This document shows, in pieces, positions 9,566 to 19,292 of a stretch of 55,714 bases of DNA. The stretch's first letter is position 1; the number at the start of each line of letters is the position of its first letter. The notes below the pieces were generated by a model that was not told where the DNA came from, searched no databases, and worked only from the letters and a program-made list of their open reading frames with translations. The position numbers were made by a program, and so were the translations under genes. The DNA comes from Acidobacteriota bacterium (GTDB taxonomy: Bacteria; Acidobacteriota; Terriglobia; Acidiferrales; 2-02-FULL-67-57). The stretch spans positions 1 through 55,714 of the forward strand of contig JACQTJ010000021.1 of the NCBI GenBank assembly GCA_016210855.1, given 5' to 3'.

Positions 9566-12082
9566 CTAGGAACCTTGCAGCTCGCGAATCCGTTCGCCCA
9601 CGTTGCGATAGTCCACGTTGGCTCCGTAGACCTCCATGAAGCAATCCAGGGCCGCCTTGCGGTTGCCGGCCTGCTCGTGGGCCACGCCCATGTCGTAGCG
9701 CAACGCCAGGGCTCCTTCTTCGTCGAGCCCCGGGGCCTTGAGCGCCCGCTCGTACCAGCGCACGGCGATGTTGGGAAGGCCTTTCTCCATGAAGCAAACC
9801 CCCAGCAGGGTGCAGACCCGGAACAGGTGGGTGGCGTCGGCGGTCTTCTCGGCTGCCTTCACCACCTTCTGGAACTCGCTGATGGCTTCCTCCATTAAGC
9901 CCATCTCTTTGTAGGCAATCCCTAGGTTGTAATGGGTTTCGACGTCTTCGACCTCTTCGACCGTCCCCAGCTCTTCTTTGAATTCCTCGAACACTTCGGC
10001 CAGGGCACCGGCAGGCGGTTCGGCGCCTGCCGCCACCGGGGCTTTGGCGGCGGGGCCTTTGGCTCGCGGTGGGGCGGCGCCAGCCAACGCCTGATCGAGG
10101 TCGCTGGCCAGGTCGGCGAAAAAGTCGCCGGCCGACATGGGGCCAGCCGCAGCCGGAGCCGCCGGTTGTGCCGGCGGCTCCGGCTCGAGCGCAATCTCGT
10201 AGGTTTCGCCTTCTCTGGCCACAGCCGCCTCTGCCGGTGCCGCTTCGACTGGAGCGGCGGCCCCTTCTACCCGGGCGCGGAGCTCGGCCAGGGCGGGCTC
10301 GCCGGGGAAGTCCCGCTCGTAGCGGGCCACTGTTTCGCGGGCTTGGTCAGCGAGTCCCTGGGCGAGGTAGAAATCGATCTCCTGCGCGGCTTCGGCGGCG
10401 TTGAAGGCGGCGGCAGGGATTTCGACGGCTGCCGCGGGGCCTTCTTCCGGCCCGGTGGCACTGGCCCACTCGGCGGAGAGGTCCACCTCGTGCAGGACGG
10501 GCTCGGGGACCGCGGCCGCCGGGGCCTCGACCCCGGCCGCCGCCGGCACTTCCTTGCCGAGTTTCTCGGCGTAGCCGCGGGCCAGTTCGCCCACCTCTTC
10601 GGCGCGGCCGTGGGTGCCCGCCTGGCGGTAGAGAGCCTGCAGCTTGGGGGCGAGCTCTACCACGCCCTGGTCGTTTCCGGTGCCAACGTAAAAGTCGAGC
10701 AGCTTCTCGTGGGCCGGGAGGTGGCTAGGGACGCGCCCGATGACCTGGCGGGCCAGCTCGATGGCCTTGTCGGTCATCCCGTAGCTGGAGAAGAGGTCAA
10801 TGTCGGTCATGGAGGCATTGATATAGGCCAGGGTGTCTTCGTCCAGCGCCGCCTCGGGCGCCGCCGCCGCGGCCGGGACAGGCGGGGTGGACGCCTCGAC
10901 CACCCCCGCTGGCTCGCCCAGCTTCTCCCGGATGCGGTTCAGCTGCTGAGTGAATTCGGGGTTCTCCGGCTGCAAGCTGACCAGCTGGTGGTAGAGCTGC
11001 TTGGCCAAGCTGTGGTCTTCGGCGCGAGCGGCTAGGCCGGCCCGGCGACTCAGAGCTTCGAGCAGCGCGCTCGAGTCGCCGGCCTTGCGTGCTGCCTGGA
11101 TGAGCAAGTCAGCCGCACTCCCTGAGCCCTGAAGCAAGGCAGACACCGAACGCGCCACCGGCAGAAAGTGGAAGGGGTCGTGCGCCAGGGCCGGTTTGGC
11201 GATGCGCTCGAGCAGCCCCAGGGCTTTCTGCCCGTCCTGCTCCTGGGCGGCGTGCTGGGCGAGCTGGAGGAGGCTTGAGAAGTTCTTGGGGTCGGCGGCA
11301 AAGAGCTGTTCCGCCATTTCTTCGGCCGACCCGGCCTCGCCCGCGCCCAGCCGGGCCTTCATCAGCAGCTCCTGGGCCTCGGGGTGCTGGTCGAGGTTGG
11401 GGATTCTCTCCAGGATAGCGAGGGCTTCTTCGCCCTTCCCCTGGCGCTCGAGCAGCTTTGCCTTGAAGAGGAGGACTTCGGGGTCCTGCGGGGCCAGGGC
11501 CGTGGCCTTCTGCAGCCACTTCTGGCTCTCATCAATCTGCTCGGAGTGCAGCAGCCGCTCGGCGAGCCGACGGTAGACGTGGGCGGCTTCGGCCTTCTGC
11601 CCGTGGCGCTCGTAGAGGTCGGCCAGCCGCTGCTGGATCTTGACGTTCTCGGGATCGAGGTCGAGGACTTTGTTCATGACCTCGATGGCTTTCTGGGCGT
11701 TGTTCGCCTTGAGCAGAACCTCGGCGAGTTGCAAGTACTGCTGCCGCGCCTCGGTCATCAACCCCTGCATGGTGTAGAGGTCGGCCAGGCGCTCCAGGGC
11801 GTTGGTGTTCGAGAGGTCGAGCTTGGAAATCTTCTTGTACATGGCGATGCCCCGCACCAGGAAGCCATCGCCCACGTACAGGTCGGCCAACTTGCCGTAA
11901 TAATTGAGCGCTTCGGGATTGTTATTCAGGCGGGCGTAAAGGTCGCCCAGGGTGTTCAGGACGTTCTGATCCTTCGGTTCTTGCTTGTGGATCTTGAGGT
12001 ACTCAGCGACAGCTTCCTTCAGCTTTCCCTGGTTGAAGAGCTGCTGCGCCGCCTCGATAGCTTTCGCCTTGTTGAATGCCAC
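9566..12082 (-). CDS. Large tetratricopeptide repeat protein
   Basis: Many TPRs, Ala/Pro-rich linkers, C-terminal ETHYNLGIAYKEMGL TPR block. Confidence 0.88.
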   Translation of the reverse strand: MAFNKAKAIEAAQQLFNQGKLKEAVAEYLKIHKQEPKDQNVLNTLGDLYARLNNNPEALNYYGKLADLYVGDGFLVRGIAMYKKISKLDLSNTNALERLADLYTMQGLMTEARQQYLQLAEVLLKANNAQKAIEVMNKVLDLDPENVKIQQRLADLYERHGQKAEAAHVYRRLAERLLHSEQIDESQKWLQKATALAPQDPEVLLFKAKLLERQGKGEEALAILERIPNLDQHPEAQELLMKARLGAGEAGSAEEMAEQLFAADPKNFSSLLQLAQHAAQEQDGQKALGLLERIAKPALAHDPFHFLPVARSVSALLQGSGSAADLLIQAARKAGDSSALLEALSRRAGLAARAEDHSLAKQLYHQLVSLQPENPEFTQQLNRIREKLGEPAGVVEASTPPVPAAAAAPEAALDEDTLAYINASMTDIDLFSSYGMTDKAIELARQVIGRVPSHLPAHEKLLDFYVGTGNDQGVVELAPKLQALYRQAGTHGRAEEVGELARGYAEKLGKEVPAAAGVEAPAAAVPEPVLHEVDLSAEWASATGPEEGPAAAVEIPAAAFNAAEAAQEIDFYLAQGLADQARETVARYERDFPGEPALAELRARVEGAAAPVEAAPAEAAVAREGETYEIALEPEPPAQPAAPAAAGPMSAGDFFADLASDLDQALAGAAPPRAKGPAAKAPVAAGAEPPAGALAEVFEEFKEELGTVEEVEDVETHYNLGIAYKEMGLMEEAISEFQKVVKAAEKTADATHLFRVCTLLGVCFMEKGLPNIAVRWYERALKAPGLDEEGALALRYDMGVAHEQAGNRKAALDCFMEVYGANVDYRNVGERIRELQGS

Positions 12083-12184
12083 CGGGAACGTGCTCCCCCT
12101 CTGTGGTTGGGCAGCAAACCGCCTTCCCCGCGGAAAACTAGCACGACCCGGAGCGGAGTGTCAACGCTCGGCTCGCCCAAATCC

Positions 12185-12832
12185 CTAGAAAGGCAGCGGG
12201 TTTTGCTCGGCGGCGTGCAGGATGGCCAGGCACTCGCGCACGGGCGCAAACGACCGGCGGTGCAGCGGCGTCGGCCCGTGTTCGCGCAACCGCTCCAGGT
12301 GCTCGCGAGTGGCGTAGCCCTTGTGGCGGGCCAGCCCGTAGCCGGGGAACTCCCGGTCCAGGGCCTCGAGCAGCAGGTCGCGGTGGACCTTGGCCAGAAT
12401 GGAGGCGGCGGCGATCGAGACCGAGCGGGCGTCGCCGTGCACGAGGCTCCGGCAGGGAACCGGCAGGGCCAGCGGCAGGGCGTCGCTCAACACATAGTCG
12501 GGCCCGGGGTCGAGTTGGGCGAGCGCCTGCTCCATCGCCTGGCGGGACGCCTGGTAGATGTTCCAGGCGTCAATCCGCTCCGGGACGATTTCCCCGACCG
12601 CCCAGGTGAGGGCCCGGTCGCGAATTCTTTCGGCCAGCAGCCGGCGCTTGGCGGCCGTCAATTTTTTGGAATCGTCGAGGCCGGGGATGCGTCGGGCGGG
12701 ATTCAGAATGACGGCGGCGGCCACCACCGGCCCGAACAGCGCCCCCCGGCCCACTTCATCGACACCTGCCACCCGCCGGAAGCCGTTCTGCCAGGCCTGC
12801 CGCTCGTAGCGGCGTGTGCAGCGTCCCGCCAC
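12185..12832 (-). CDS. rnhB: Ribonuclease HII
   Basis: AGVDEVGRG, DDSKKL, SIAAASILAKV, HKGY, HRRSF. Confidence 0.95.
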   Translation of the reverse strand: MAGRCTRRYERQAWQNGFRRVAGVDEVGRGALFGPVVAAAVILNPARRIPGLDDSKKLTAAKRRLLAERIRDRALTWAVGEIVPERIDAWNIYQASRQAMEQALAQLDPGPDYVLSDALPLALPVPCRSLVHGDARSVSIAAASILAKVHRDLLLEALDREFPGYGLARHKGYATREHLERLREHGPTPLHRRSFAPVRECLAILHAAEQNPLPF

Positions 12833-12928
12833 GCCCGCGGAGTGTATCACAGCCCCGCAAGACGCCCCCGGGGAGACACCGGCGGCCCGAAGTGCTATCA
12901 TCCGCATCTGGGCGCTTGGGTCCTGCCG

Positions 12929-14323
12929 ATGAACGTCGTTCTCATCTCCACCTATGAGCTCGGCCGCCAGCCCTTCGGGCTGGCCTCACCGGCCGCCTGG
13001 CTGCGCCGAGTCGGCGCTCGGGTCACCTGCCTCGACCTCGCCAAGCAGGAGCTTCGAGAAGAGCCCATCCGCTCGGCCGACCTGGTGGCCTTCTATCTCC
13101 CCATGCACACCGCCACCCGCATCGCCGCCCGGGCCATCCCCAAAGTCCGGCGGCTCAACCCCCGCGCCCACCTCTGCGGTTACGGCCTCTACGCCCCGGT
13201 GAACGAAGGCTACCTGCGCGGCCTGGGCGTCCAGACCCTGCTTGGCGGAGAGTTTGAAGAGGGGCTGGTGCAGCTCGCGGGACGGCTCGAACAGGGCCAC
13301 AGCCAGGGTCCGCAACCGGAGCCGCTCATCTCGCTGGCCCGGGAGCAATTCCTGGTCCCGGACCGCTCGGACTTGGTGCCGCTCGCCCGCTATGCCCGCC
13401 TGCGGGTGAACGGCGAGAGCCGCACCGTCGGCTACACGGAGGCGAGCCGGGGCTGCAAGCACCTCTGCCGCCATTGCCCCATCGTTCCCGTCTACAACGG
13501 TGTCTTCCGCATCGTGCAGCCCGACGTGGTGCTCGAAGACATCCGCCGGCAGGTAGCCGCCGGTGCCGAGCACATCACCTTCGGCGACCCCGACTTCTTC
13601 AACGGCATCGGCCACGCCCTGCCGCTCATCGAGGCCCTGCACCGCCAGCACCCCCGTCTCACCTATGACGTCACCATCAAGATCGAGCATCTCTTGAAGC
13701 ACTCCGAGCGCCTGTCCGCGCTGCGCGACACCGGGTGCCTGTTCGTTACCAGCGCGGTGGAGTGCGTGGACGACCGCATCCTGGCCCGGCTCGACAAAGG
13801 CCACACCCGCGAGGATTTCATCCGAGTGGTCCGCCGCTTCCGGGAAATCGGTCTGACCCTGGCCCCCACCTTCGTGCCCTTCACCCCCTGGACGTCGCTC
13901 GAAGGGTACCTGGACCTGCTGGCGACCCTCGCCGGGCTCGACCTCATTGAGAACGTGGCCCCGATTCAGCTCGCGATTCGCCTCCTGATTCCCGCCGGCT
14001 CACGGCTCCTGGAGCTGCCCGAAGTGCAGGCCCTCGTGGGCCCGTTTGACGACGCTGCCTTGAGCTACCGCTGGCAGCACCCCGACCCGCGCGTGGATGA
14101 GCTCCGCCGAGAGGTCCAGGACGAGGTGAAGCGCGGCGAAGCCCGCGGCGAAACCCGCCGGCAGATCTTCGCCCGCCTCTGGGAGCTTGCCCACCAGGCC
14201 GCGGACCGACCCTCGCGCCAGTTGCCCGATACGGCCCTGCTCGCCCGGGCGGCCATCCCGTACCTGACCGAGCCCTGGTACTGTTGAGCCGAGCCCACCG
14301 AAGAGCAGGTCGCTCTTTTCTAG
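12929..14323 (+). CDS. CUAEP-tail radical SAM selenoprotein (B12-binding-like N-terminus; Sec at UGA 14285-14287)
   Basis: CKHLCRHC motif; reading through TGA gives EPWYC-U-AEPTEEQVALF*, ending 4 nt before the next ATG. Confidence 0.88.
14288..14320 (+). promoter_or_regulatory. Candidate bacterial SECIS element
   Basis: Stem AAGAGC/GCTCTT (14301-14317), loop AGGTC beginning 19 nt after the UGA. Confidence 0.6.
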
Positions 14324-14327
14324 TCCC

Positions 14328-15590
14328 ATGAAGAACGCGGACGCCAAGCTGCTGCTGCTTTCGACCACCTCGAGCTACGAGACCAGGCTGTTTGTGGAGG
14401 CCGCCGAAAGACTCAGCATCCCGCTGCTCTTCGGCACCGACCGCTGCCACCGGCTCGACGACCCCTGGCAGGACGGGGCCCTGCCCCTGCGGTTCGAAGA
14501 GCCGGAAGCCTCGGCGGGGGTGATTGTCGAGCAGTCGCGCACCCAGTCCATTCAGGCGATCGTTCCGCTGGGTGACCGGGCTGTGCGCACCGCCGCGCTG
14601 GCTTGCCAGGCGCTGGGCCTCTCCCACAACCCCCCCAGCGCCGCCGAGGCCTGCCGGAACAAGTTCATCGCCCGCCAGCGCCTCCAGGCTGCCGGCCTCT
14701 GGGTCCCGCCCTTCGCGCGCTTCTCCATCTACGAGGACCCGCGGCCGCGCTTGGACGAGATGCCGTTCCCGTGCGTGCTCAAGCCGCTCTCGCTGTCGGC
14801 GAGCCAGGGAGTCATCCGGGCCAATGGCCCCGAGGAGTTCCTGGCTGCCTTCGAGCGCATCGCCCGCCTGCTGCGCCAGCCCGACATCCAGGTGCTCCGG
14901 GAAGAGACCCTGGGCGAGCTCTTGGTGGAAGGGTTCATTCCCGGGCCGGAGTTTGCCCTGGAAGGATTGCTCGACCACGGCCGCCTGCGCGTGCTCGTCC
15001 TCTTTGACAAGCCCGACCCGCTCGAGGGCCCCTACTTCGAAGAGACCCTCTACGTCACGCCCTCCCGCCTGCCGGAGGCGAAACAACGGGAGATCATCGG
15101 CGCCGTGGAAGCGGCTGCGAAGGCGCTCACGCTCTGCCACGGGCCGATCCACGCTGAAGTCCGCCTGCCGGCGGACGGCCCGCGCGTGCTGGAAGTGGCG
15201 GCGCGGGCCATCGGCGGCCTGTGCTCGCGAGCGGTCCGCTTCCAGACGGGGATCTCACTGCCGGAATTGATTCTCCGCCACGCCTGGGGGCTGCCCATCG
15301 AGCCGGTGGTGCGCGAAGACGCCGCCGCGGGCGTGATGATGATTCCCATCCCGCAGGCCGGGATCTTTCACGGGGTCGAGGGCCTGGAGGAAGCCCGGCA
15401 GGTCCCCGGCATTGAGGACATCGCCATCACCGCCAAGCCAGCTCATCCCATCGTCCCGCTGCCGGAGGGCGCGAGCTACCTGGGCTTCATCTTCGCCCGC
15501 GACTCTTCCTCGGAGGCGGTGGAGCGGGCTTTGCGGGAAGCCCACGGGCGGCTGCGCTTCCGGATTGGGCCCGAGTTGCCGGTCGTCTAA
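14328..15590 (+). CDS. ATP-grasp domain ligase
   Basis: CRNKF, FPCVLKPLSLSASQGVIR, LVEGFIPGPEFALEG, HAEVR, LEVAARAIGG. Confidence 0.9.
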   Translation: MKNADAKLLLLSTTSSYETRLFVEAAERLSIPLLFGTDRCHRLDDPWQDGALPLRFEEPEASAGVIVEQSRTQSIQAIVPLGDRAVRTAALACQALGLSHNPPSAAEACRNKFIARQRLQAAGLWVPPFARFSIYEDPRPRLDEMPFPCVLKPLSLSASQGVIRANGPEEFLAAFERIARLLRQPDIQVLREETLGELLVEGFIPGPEFALEGLLDHGRLRVLVLFDKPDPLEGPYFEETLYVTPSRLPEAKQREIIGAVEAAAKALTLCHGPIHAEVRLPADGPRVLEVAARAIGGLCSRAVRFQTGISLPELILRHAWGLPIEPVVREDAAAGVMMIPIPQAGIFHGVEGLEEARQVPGIEDIAITAKPAHPIVPLPEGASYLGFIFARDSSSEAVERALREAHGRLRFRIGPELPVV

Positions 15591-15624
15591 CCCGGCAGTG
15601 GCACCTGCCGCTCGAGGCCTTCTC

Positions 15625-15730
15625 GGGTAGGGCAGGGGCTTGTCCCCTGCCGGATGCGGGCGGGAGCAAGGCCCGCCCCTACCCAAACAAGCCACCTTCT
15701 TGGGTAGGGCAAGGATATTGTCCCTTGCCG
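15625..15730. repeat. GTAG-tagged REP cluster (inverted doublet plus third copy)
   Basis: GTAG-GGCAGGGG cttgt CCCCTGCC; GGGCGGG agcaagg CCCGCCC-CTAC; GTAG-GGCAAGG...CCTTGCC between convergent genes. Confidence 0.8.
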
Positions 15731-15746
15731 CCCGACACGGACTAGG

Positions 15747-16028
15747 TTACTGCTTCTGCTGCGGGGGGACGTAGCCGGGCGGGAGCTTGGCATCCTTGCT
15801 GAAAAAGAACTTCTCGGCTTCGGTGGAGATGATCTCCCAGGCCTCGGGGGTGGCGGGGTTGAGTTGGTACTCGTTGATGACCATCTTCACGTGCTCTTTC
15901 CACATCTCCCAGGCCTTCCGGGAGACGCTTTCGTAGATGCGCTGGCCGAGTTCGCCGTTGTAGGGAGACTCGTCCAGCCCGGGGAGCATCTCCCCGAATT
16001 TCACGCATTTGACCAGCCGCTCGCCCAT
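15747..16028 (-). CDS. yggX: Fe(II)-trafficking/oxidative damage protection protein
   Basis: VKCVK, GELGQRIYESVS, MVINEYQL, PPGYVP. Confidence 0.9.
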   Translation of the reverse strand: MGERLVKCVKFGEMLPGLDESPYNGELGQRIYESVSRKAWEMWKEHVKMVINEYQLNPATPEAWEIISTEAEKFFFSKDAKLPPGYVPPQQKQ

Positions 16029-16206
16029 AAGGAATCCTCTCTTTCCCTCAAAGCCATGATTTCAGAGGATACTGCAACCTCACCCGCTTGGCCAGCCCCG
16101 CCGCCGTTCGGCAGGGGCCCCGAAAAGACTGGTGCCCGCGGGCCGGGGGCGTAGAATAGTGGTGTCCCGAAAAAATCCGACAAGTGTTTCCCCAGGAGGT
16201 GTTGCT

Positions 16207-17061
16207 ATGGCCCGCTTTGGTTATGACCCCGAGAGTCGGGAAATCTATATCAAGAAAATGCAGGCGAAGGTGGCGCGGCTGGCCCGGTGGCTGCCGGTGT
16301 GGATTGTGGTGGTGATCGCGCTGGTGCTTTCGCTGGCCTACGTGCCCGCCGGGCACGTAGGGGTGCTGGTGCAGTTCGGCCGGGTCACCGACCGGGTTCT
16401 GCCCGAAGGCACCCACCTGGTTTGGCCCTGGCTGTCGAACAACCGCCTGTCGGTGCGCACCATGGAGCTGAAGGAGAAGGCCAGCGTGCCGTCGAACGAG
16501 GGCCTGATCGTCACGCTGGATACGTCCCTGCTCTTTCGCTTGAACTCCGAGAAGGCGGCCGACGTCTTCCGGCAGATCGGCCCGAACTACCTGCAAGTGG
16601 TGGTGGAGCCGATGCTGCGCGCCGCCATCCGCTCGGCGACCGGCACCCACAACGCCATCGCGCTCTACACCGGCGAACGGGAGAAAATCGCCAAGCAGAT
16701 TGCTGACGAGTTGCGGGTCGACCTCGGCAAGCGCGGCATCCAGTTGGAGAACATCCTGCTGCGCGACGTCCAGCTGCCCCCGCTGCTCGCCCGCGCCATC
16801 GAGGCCAAGCAGCAGGCCGAGCAGGACGCCCTGCGGATGAGCTTCATCCTGCAGAAGGAGAAGCAGGAGGCCGAGCGCAAGCGCATCGAAGCCGCCGGCA
16901 TCCGCGACTTCCAGCAGATCGTCGCCCAGGGCATCAGCCAGCAGCTGCTCACCTGGAAGGGCATCGAGGCCACCGAGAAGCTGGCCCAGAGCCCCAACGC
17001 CAAGGTGGTGGTCATCGGCAGCGGCAAGGGCGGCCTGCCCATCATCCTGGGTGCGCAGTAG
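16207..17061 (+). CDS. SPFH/prohibitin family protein
   Basis: VPAGHVGV, AIEAKQQAEQ, EAERKRIEA; AGGAGG SD before ATG 16207. Confidence 0.9.
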   Translation: MARFGYDPESREIYIKKMQAKVARLARWLPVWIVVVIALVLSLAYVPAGHVGVLVQFGRVTDRVLPEGTHLVWPWLSNNRLSVRTMELKEKASVPSNEGLIVTLDTSLLFRLNSEKAADVFRQIGPNYLQVVVEPMLRAAIRSATGTHNAIALYTGEREKIAKQIADELRVDLGKRGIQLENILLRDVQLPPLLARAIEAKQQAEQDALRMSFILQKEKQEAERKRIEAAGIRDFQQIVAQGISQQLLTWKGIEATEKLAQSPNAKVVVIGSGKGGLPIILGAQ

Positions 17062-17085
17062 ACCCACCCGGGGCAGTCGGGCCGC

Positions 17086-17784
17086 TCAGCGGTAGCCCAC
17101 GCCCGGATGCAGCAGGTTCAGGGCCAGGGTGTAGAGCGGCTCGAAGAGCCGCCCGAAGAGGTACCAGGCGAGCAGCAGCCCTGCGAGCCCGTAGGCGCGG
17201 CTGAAGTCGCGGAAGCGGCGCGCCGTTGGCTCGCTCATGAGCAAGGTGACCGCGGTGTTTCCGTCCAGCGGCGGCACCGGAATCAGGTTGAAGAGAAAGA
17301 GCAGCAGGTTGAGTACGAACAGCACGCTCAGCAGCGTAGCCGCGGCCTCGAGCCAGCCCGGCTGGGTGGCGGCGACGATGTGCGTGAACGTGGCCCGGGC
17401 CGGAGCGCTGAAGGCACCAGCCAGAACCGCCAGCCGGATGGCCGCCGCTGCCAGCAGCAGCAGAGCCAGATTGGCGGCCGGCCCCGCCAACGCCATCCAG
17501 GCCGCCCGCCGCGGATGGCGCTCCGCCCACAGGGGATCGTACGGGGCGCTGGCCCAGCCGATCATCCAGCCACCGAGGAAGTAGGAGGCCAGCGGCACCA
17601 CCACCGCTCCGAGCGGCTCCCGGCGGATGTGCGGGAGGGGATTGAGCGAGGCCTGCCCGCCGAGCGCCGCCGTCGGGTCGCCGGCCCATTGCGCCGCCCA
17701 GGCGTGCGCAGCCTCGTGGCAGGTGGTCGAGAGCAGGAACACCACGTACCAAACCGCCCCCAGGATCAGGGTTTCTGTGGCCAA
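17086..17784 (-). CDS. Site-2 protease (M50)
   Basis: HEAAH, GDPTA, AGPAAN, NLIPVPPLDG. Confidence 0.92.
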   Translation of the reverse strand: MATETLILGAVWYVVFLLSTTCHEAAHAWAAQWAGDPTAALGGQASLNPLPHIRREPLGAVVVPLASYFLGGWMIGWASAPYDPLWAERHPRRAAWMALAGPAANLALLLLAAAAIRLAVLAGAFSAPARATFTHIVAATQPGWLEAAATLLSVLFVLNLLLFLFNLIPVPPLDGNTAVTLLMSEPTARRFRDFSRAYGLAGLLLAWYLFGRLFEPLYTLALNLLHPGVGYR

Positions 17785-17838
17785 CTTTTCCCCTTCCGCG
17801 CGAATCCAATCGCGATACTATCACGGGGAGGGGAGACG

Positions 17839-18627
17839 ATGAGGCCGGGTCCCGCTCTTCTTCTGGCGGCTCTGCTGCTCGCCGTGCGGCCCGCTCCGGG
17901 CCACTCCCAGCTGTGGATCAGCGAAGCCGCCGCTCCAGCCCGCATTGAAGTCAGCTACACCGAGCCCTCCGACGCGGGGCAGGCCGAGCGGCTGCGCGAT
18001 CTGGCGGCGCGGCTGAAGCCCGTGGCCGACCAGCTTGAGCCGCTCGACCTCGTTGAGATTGTCATCGTTCACTCCCCGGCCGAAATGAGCCGCCGCCTGG
18101 GCGCAGAGGATGCCCTGAGCGGCGTCAGCTACCTCCACGGCATCCTCTTCCTTTCGCCTGTCTCCTGGCAGCGCAACCCTACCCAGGAAGCCCTCGAGCA
18201 CGAGATGGAGGGGGCCCTGGTGCGCTACACCGCGAGTCGCCTGGCCGGCGGCCAGCGCCTGCCCGACTGGCTCGAGCAAGGATTGGTGAGCGCGCTCACC
18301 CGGCAGCCGTTTGCGCCCGCCACGGCCGAGCTCATCGCCGCTCGCGGCCCGCTTCTGCTCAGCCGCTTTGAGGCGGACGACGCCGCGGTCGGCTACTGGG
18401 CGGTTCGTTATCTTGTCGAGGCCCGCGGCGGCTTGGGTCCGGTGCGCCAGCTGCTCCGCTTGGTGGCGCAGCGGCCCGATACTTTCGTCGAGAATCTGCA
18501 ACTGGTCTACGGGGTTTCTGCCGGGGAGCTTGAGCGCGCCTGGCGGCAGTGGCTGTTGGAGCAGGCCGAAGCCGGTCGGCGGGAAAGGGGCGGCGAAGGT
18601 CCCCTTATCCGCGACCGCAACCCGTAA
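17839..18627 (+). CDS. Secreted peptidase MA-like protein with degenerate zinc motif
   Basis: Signal peptide; LEHEMEG and PDWLEQGL resemble HExxH / PxWxxEG. Confidence 0.55.
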   Translation: MRPGPALLLAALLLAVRPAPGHSQLWISEAAAPARIEVSYTEPSDAGQAERLRDLAARLKPVADQLEPLDLVEIVIVHSPAEMSRRLGAEDALSGVSYLHGILFLSPVSWQRNPTQEALEHEMEGALVRYTASRLAGGQRLPDWLEQGLVSALTRQPFAPATAELIAARGPLLLSRFEADDAAVGYWAVRYLVEARGGLGPVRQLLRLVAQRPDTFVENLQLVYGVSAGELERAWRQWLLEQAEAGRRERGGEGPLIRDRNP

Positions 18628-18636
18628 GTTCTTCCC

Positions 18637-18729
18637 TCATTCTCGGAAGGTTCGGGGCCAAGAATCTCAGCTGTGCCAGGAAGGGGGCGCCGAGATTCTT
18701 CGTCGCCCTGCGGGCTCCTCAGAATGACA
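18637..18729. repeat. TGTCA-tagged palindromic repeat doublet (left arm degenerate)
   Basis: TCATTCT...AGAATCTC / GAGATTCTTCG...CCTCAGAATGACA. Confidence 0.8.
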
Positions 18730-18759
18730 GGAGACTGTACGTTTGAAGCCAGGGTGGGG

Positions 18760-19146
18760 CTACTGGCCGGCGGGGGTCTCGACTTCCGGGGCGGCGGTCT
18801 CGGCGAAGGCTTCCTTGATGCGGGTGGCCTTCTTGCCCTTCTTGCCCCGCAAGTAATAGAGCTTGGCCCGGCGCACCCGACCCGAGCGCAGCACCTCGAT
18901 AGACTCGATGATGGGGGAGTGCAGGGGGAAGATGCGCTCCACCCCGATGCCGAACGAGACCTTGCGCACCGTGAAGGTCTCTTGCACAGCGCGCCCGCGG
19001 CGGGCAATCACCACCCCTTCAAAGGGCTGCACACGGGTCTTGTCGCCCTCCTTGATCTTCACGTGCACCCGCACGCTGTCCCCCGGCCGGAACCCCGGCA
19101 CGGGAGCGCGCAATTGGGCCCGCGTGACCTTTTCGATGGCTGACAT
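18760..19146 (-). CDS. rplS: 50S ribosomal protein L19
   Basis: [27 protein letters not shown]. Confidence 0.98.
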   Translation of the reverse strand: MSAIEKVTRAQLRAPVPGFRPGDSVRVHVKIKEGDKTRVQPFEGVVIARRGRAVQETFTVRKVSFGIGVERIFPLHSPIIESIEVLRSGRVRRAKLYYLRGKKGKKATRIKEAFAETAAPEVETPAGQ

Positions 19147-19292
19147 CGGTACTCCCCGGAGCTGAACGAAGCTTTTACTTTAGCACAGATGCGCCCGGCT
19201 GCCTAGCCCTGCCCTTCGGGCCCGTCTTGACGCCTCTCGGCAGGCTGACCGACAATGGTGGCTGCTTCATTCAAACGCTGAGGTTCTTCTTT

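Noticed and set aside
11384-12928. Apparent 515-aa N-terminal extension of the radical SAM ORF (967 aa in the track)
   Set aside because: Antisense to rnhB and the TPR gene; family-like sequence starts at ATG 12929.
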